Of a stretch of DNA of 64,000 bases, positions 58,105 through 64,000 are shown one piece after another. The stretch is taken from assembly GCF_009914755.1 (NCBI RefSeq), contig NC_060926.1; one strand, given 5' to 3'. The translations under genes and the position numbers were made by a program. Source of the stretch: the human T2T-CHM13v2.0 reference genome, Homo sapiens. Within the stretch, counting starts at the first letter, position 1; every line of letters starts with the position of its first letter. The notes under the pieces were generated by a model. That model was not told the origin of the DNA. It ran no database searches and saw only the letters and a list, made by a program, of their open reading frames with translations.

Positions 58105-58399
58105 CTAAAAAGAGGTGCGGACAACGTGCTCAAAGCATGTCCGACTGACTGGATGATGTGTTGGAGAAATGCATCTATCTTCCATGCATGACATGTGCAC
58201 TCAGCTTTTTGGACTCACACATCAGTCAGATTATCCCAGCATTTTTTTTTTTTTTTTTTTAAGAGTGGGTCTTGCTGTGTTTCCCAGGCTGGAGTGCAGT
58301 GGCAGTAAACAAGCACAATTAGGTATGATCGAAGCACACTGCGGCCTTGAACACCAGGTATCTGGGACCACAGACACATGTCACCATGCCCGGCTGTAG

Positions 58400-58753
<354 letters not shown>

Positions 58754-59129
58754 TGAATAAATTTTAAAACAGCTTCTCTAGTTCCTCTAACAGCCCCAGC
58801 TGTGAAGACGAGGGTACCGTAGAGCTGGGAACCACTCTGTTTGGAGAAGTTCACAGGCAACAGAAAGGTGGGCTCTAGCCAAAGTCTTGTCTTCTGACAC
58901 ATGGCCTCAGAGCTGTACGGCCCACATCACGATGCCTACAGCAGTGCACTTTATAAGAGGCCGGAGAAATTCCTCTTTTGCTTATTTGTGTTTGCTGTTT
59001 AGGTTCAGCCCTACCTAGGCCCCAGTCCCCTGTCCCTGAGAAGGCCTGGGCCCAGCGGGGGCTGCCTGAAAGAAAGAACAGATGGAGACAAATGGCCTCA
59101 TGGTTCCGGGCTGAGACCACACCCCTCAC

Positions 59130-59288
59130 CTCATCTCTCTTCTTGGACCCCAGGAAATGGCGTGCCACGTGCTCAGGCAACATGTTGGTGACCAAGGCCT
59201 CGTTCCAGCGTCGCATCTCATAGACACGTTCCTTCTGGTCGTGGACCTCAATCTTCCACAAGAAAAGTGTCCGTGCCAGTTTTTCTAC
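59130..59288 (-). CDS. ADCY3: ADCY3 exon ([53 protein letters not shown])
   Basis: 159 nt; NMLPEHVA motif. Confidence 0.97.
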
Positions 59289-59358
59289 CTGCAGACACAG
59301 ACAAGGCGAGGCATGTGCTCTAAGCTGGCCACTGGATAGAAGGATGAAAAACAGGAAT

Positions 59359-59657
59359 GGCCAGGCGTGGCGGTTCATGCCTGTAATCCCAGCACTTTGG
59401 GAGGCCGAGGCAGGCGGATCACCTGAGGTCAGGAGTTCGAGACCAGCCTGACCAACATGGTGAAACCCTGTCTCTACTAAAAATACAAAAATTAGCCGGG
59501 CATGGTGGCGGGCACCTGTAATCCCAGCTACTCGGGAGGCTGAGGCAGGAGAATCAACTTGAACCCAGGAGGCAGAGGTTGCAGTGAGCCGAGATCGCAC
59601 CACTGCACTCCAGCCTGGGCAAAAGAGTGAGACTCAGTCTCAAAAAAAGAAGAAAAA
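59359..59657 (+). mobile_element. AluSx in ADCY3 intron
   Basis: Alu consensus; flanking AAAAACAGGAA repeat. Confidence 0.92.
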
Positions 59658-59999
59658 CAGGAACGTGAATGGAGGAACTCCCCTTGGAAAGGCTGGAAGG
59701 AAGATGGCTAAATGGCAAGGGAAGTAAGACCCTGCAAAGATTGCACCTCATCAAAAGGCCACCCAATAGTGGTGCGGTTCCCAGCCTCCGTAGTTACAGC
59801 AGAGATCCAGGAGGCCTTCCGTGTGTAGGGGGCCTCTTGGGACCTAATTTCAGCTGCAGGTCTGTCTCGTGGAGGTGGCAGCAGTGGGGATCTCCCAACT
59901 CAGGGTGGAGTCCCCCTTTCTAGCAGGCGCCATTTGGGTAAGAAGTGGCTTGGGAAGGCTGTACTTCCCTGGAAAGCCAGTAGGGGGCACTTGAACTAA

Positions 60000-60254
<255 letters not shown>

Positions 60255-60784
60255 TAGTAGAGACAGGGTTTCACCATATTGCCCAGGCTGGTCTCAGACT
60301 CCTGGACTCAAGTGATCCTCCACCCTCAGCCTCCCAAAATGAGCCACTGCACCGGCCTTCTCTTTTCCTTTTAACCCAACAGAAAGTCCATCAGCTCCCT
60401 TCTCTTTCTCTTCTGGCTCTGTGGTCAGTTGTGTTAATGTCCCTCAGCGCCACGGGGAGTGCGGGGGCCATGAGCCCCTGGCCTAGGGGATATTGATTTG
60501 ATTCAAGATGTTTGTGCCTTCACTCTATCCCCTCCCACCTTCACTCCCATGCTTCCTTCACCATCCTGGAGGGGGTCGGACGGAAGAGGTGAGGAACTGT
60601 CTTCCTGTGTGACTGAGGAAGGAGCCTGAATAGAGAAGGCGGTGGCCTGACCAGGCTCACGTGTGGGGCTGGGTGAAGGGAAGCCCCATTCCTTAGGAGC
60701 TTGGGCTCTTAGGTCCCGGGGCTGCTTCTCAGGAGGCCCTGTGGGCTGTGGGCACAGAGCGGGGATCGTGCAGGCGGCACTCAC

Positions 60785-60866
60785 GTGGCGGGAGAAGTAG
60801 TAGAAGCTGAGCATCATGAGGAACACCATCACCGTCATAGAGTACTTGGAAGGCACCAGGGGCAGC
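60785..60866 (-). CDS. ADCY3: ADCY3 exon ((S)[28 protein letters not shown]), last transmembrane helix; alternative start at 60869
   Basis: CCCAGCAG tandem acceptor, CAC|GTGAGT donor. Confidence 0.95.
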
Positions 60867-61249
60867 CTGCTGGGCAGAGCGTGTGCAACTGAAAGGGCTG
60901 TCATCTGCCTCCTGGAGGGGGCCTGATTCCCTCCAACTAGATGGTGCTGCTTCCTGCCACCCCAGCCCTAGAGCTCACCCCGGCTCCTTAGGCCCTTTCA
61001 CATCAAGTCGGGCTCCCCCGGGCAGTAAAGTTTTCTTAACTCACTGGGCTCCTCTCCAACAGCCAGGCAACCCCTGGCCCCTCCTGGCTGCACCTGGTAT
61101 TCACATCAGGGCTGCTCCCCAGGTATTTAAGAAACACTGCATTGCCTGACTGATCACAGAGGTAGCTACAACCATGCAGGAATTTGGAGAAGCAAGAGAC
61201 ATCAGTGATGGGATTTCATAGCCATGGGACTGGGGTACAATCTCACCAT

Positions 61250-61830
61250 GGCTTTTTACCTTGTTCATACATATTTTTATGTGGAGCTGTGGTTAGTTTC
61301 CATTACCGTATGGTATTTCACTGCATGAATATACCAGTTATGTATCCATTTCCTGTTGATGTCATTTGGGTTGTTTTCATTTGTTTTGGGGGAGGGGGTA
61401 TGTCTATTACGAACAGTGCCACCTTGGACATTCTCATACATATATCCTGGGACATGAGTATGTGCATGAATTTCTCTAAGATGTGTGTATATATATATAC
61501 ACATATACACACGTCTGCGTGGGTGTGTATGTAGGAGTGGAATTGCTGGGACACAGGTTTATTTTCAACCTTACTAAATAGATCAAAATATTTTCTAACA
61601 CGGTTGTACTAACTCATACTCCCACCAGGAGTGTAAGAGTTACTATTGTACTTGATATTGTCAGAGTTATCTGGACCGGTACGTGTGTGATGGTATCTCA
61701 CTAGGGTGTAACTGGCATTTCCTTGATTACTTGAGTGCCATTTATTAGTGGCCATTTAGAGTTCTTCTTTTGCTAAGGGCTATGCAGGTTTTACCCCTCT
61801 TCTATTAGGTCATCTTTTTATTTCTAAACT
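61250..61830 (-). mobile_element. Old L1M 3' fragment
   Basis: GGAGTGGAATTGCTGGG, TACTCCCACCAG, TGGTATCTCA motifs. Confidence 0.65.
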
Positions 61831-62283
61831 TCCTTGAAGGTCTGTTCAAGTCATGGAATCATAAAATTTTAAAACCTTGGCACTGGCAGGGACCTTAGAG
61901 AACTTCTGGTTCAGTATCCTCCTCAAGAGATGAAATTGCAACTCATGGAAACGGACCTGCCTGTGACCCACAGAGAATTACTGCCTGCTGCAGGCTCAGA
62001 AGCCAGGTCCAAATCCAAAGCGTCTTCCTCCCTCCTCATTTTCCTGCTGCCTGTCTGTCCTGCCAGCCAGTTACATGCAGCTGCCATCCACCTGGTATTT
62101 CCTTCCCTCCTCACTGCACTGCTGCAGCCCTCCTGGAGGAACCCATGCCAGCTTCTCTAACCTGCACGTATCAGGTCACGTGCCTCCCGGGAGGGTGAGA
62201 TCCCGGGGCTTGGGCCTGTTATATTCCTGTCTCTAGAAGAAGGGCTGTGAGTGCAGGCCAGGAGGGGAAGCCGTGGCCCTTAC

Positions 62284-62346
62284 CTGTCAGTGCCATTGAG
62301 CCCAGGGTTGAATCCTTGCATCTGCTCTAAGGCCACCATAGGTAAG
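62284..62346 (-). CDS. ADCY3: ADCY3 63-nt exon ((D)LPMVALEQMQGFNPGLNGTD)
   Basis: CAACAG acceptor, AG|GTAAGG donor, phase 2-2. Confidence 0.93.
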
Positions 62347-62639
62347 CTGTTGGACAGATAACAGCACAGTCAGGCCCCATCTGGGAACAAGAGCCTGATG
62401 CCCAGCCAGGCACCGGGGTATCCCAAGTCCTCCACTCGGGGAGAATGGGAAGAATCTATTCTCAGGTCCTAGCCAAACAGTGATACGTCTGTGAGCAGCC
62501 AGGAACTGGTTCTTGAACAAGCCTTTGAGGACCCCTAGTGGCAGAAAGCCACCTCAGCACAGGCCCATGAGCTTGAACTGAGGACTTTGCGGGCGGGAGG
62601 AAGGAGACAATACAGATCCCCAGTCACGCTTCATCTTAC

Positions 62640-62899
62640 TCGTGCTCCCGAAAACGCTTGTGGTCGTATTCATCAAAGACGGGACGCCAGGCATAGAGGT
62701 TGATGGTGGCCACGGCGCCTGCGACGAGCAGCATGAGCGTGAGCTTCACCATGTGGCTGACCTGCACCAGCATGATGGTGGCGATGAGGGACAGCACGGC
62801 CACATAGTTGTAATACTTGGGGTTCTCCAGGCAGCTGCCCTCCGTCTCCATCCCTGCCGTTGCATTGCTGGGTCCCGTGTAGTACTGGAGACAGCTGAG
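62640..62899 (-). CDS. ADCY3: ADCY3 exon ([86 protein letters not shown])
   Basis: 260 nt, CTCCAG acceptor, GA|GTAAGA donor; transmembrane segments. Confidence 0.96.
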
Positions 62900-63607
62900 C
62901 TGGAGGCCAGGACGGCGGGCAGGGACACACGTTCAAGAGAACAGCAGGTGCTGGTCACAGAGGGCTGTGCATGGTAGTGCACGCTCAGCTGCCACCTCCC
63001 GCGGCTCCCCCAGAAATACCGGGAAAGATGGGGAAATTTACCAGGGACTAATCATATGAAAGTTAGTAACTGCAGCTAAGAGCCTCGCCATTGCCTCATT
63101 TGACATTCACAAAAACTCTCTCGAGTATTTTTAGTACTGTCCCTATTGTACAGAAAACTCGGGCCAGATTTGCCCAAACACAATTAGCAAGCAGAAAAGC
63201 CAAAAGTAGGAGCCAAGTCTTTAGGCTTCAAATCCAACATGTTCTTCCCCATATCACACTGTTGCTTCAGGAGGGGCCACGGGACCATGAGCCCCACTCA
63301 CAGCCTCCCCGTGATGACAGCTAGTCTCTGCCCAAATCCTTCCATTGGGGGGATGTTCACTGCCTTCTGGATTCTTTACTGGTTCTGCTACTGGGCAGAT
63401 GCGGCCGGGAGAAAGCGCATCCAGAACCGGAATCAACCCCCCCTTTTTGTAACTTTCACCCACAGGGCAACCTTGTCTTGCTTGCGCGATTCCCGCCATG
63501 TCATTCTAGCATGAGCAGTTGTTACACCTCCCTAGCTTTTTACCCCTCCATGAGTGACAGCATCTCCAGGTGTCCTGTACAGTGTCCAGGACCCCATGCA
63601 GTGGTGA

Positions 63608-64000
<393 letters not shown>

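Overview
Human genomic DNA, recognisable from the encoded proteins as the chr2p23.3 gene cluster. It contains the two alternative terminal coding exons and 3'UTR of NCOA1 (+), an Alu/LTR-dense intergenic stretch, the complete PTRHD1 gene (-), the complete CENPO gene (+) sharing a very compact bidirectional CpG-island promoter with PTRHD1, and the last nine exons of ADCY3 (-). The 3'UTR exon of CENPO runs antisense across the 3' end of ADCY3. Exon boundaries were derived from GT/AG sites and reading-frame continuity: PTRHD1 140 aa, CENPO 300 aa or 294 aa. CENPO intron 3 carries a full-length but dead L1PA with a target-site duplication. I found no convincing new biological system. The best leads are regulatory: a splice-controlled start-codon/uORF switch in CENPO, a perfect TISU element at a second PTRHD1 AUG, a poly(A)-tunable CENPO/ADCY3 antisense overlap, a 50-bp tandem repeat against a CENPO 3' splice site, a HERV-H LTR inserted into an Alu, and two short local dispersed duplications. 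Repeat subfamily names are from memory of consensus sequences and repeat edges are approximate.
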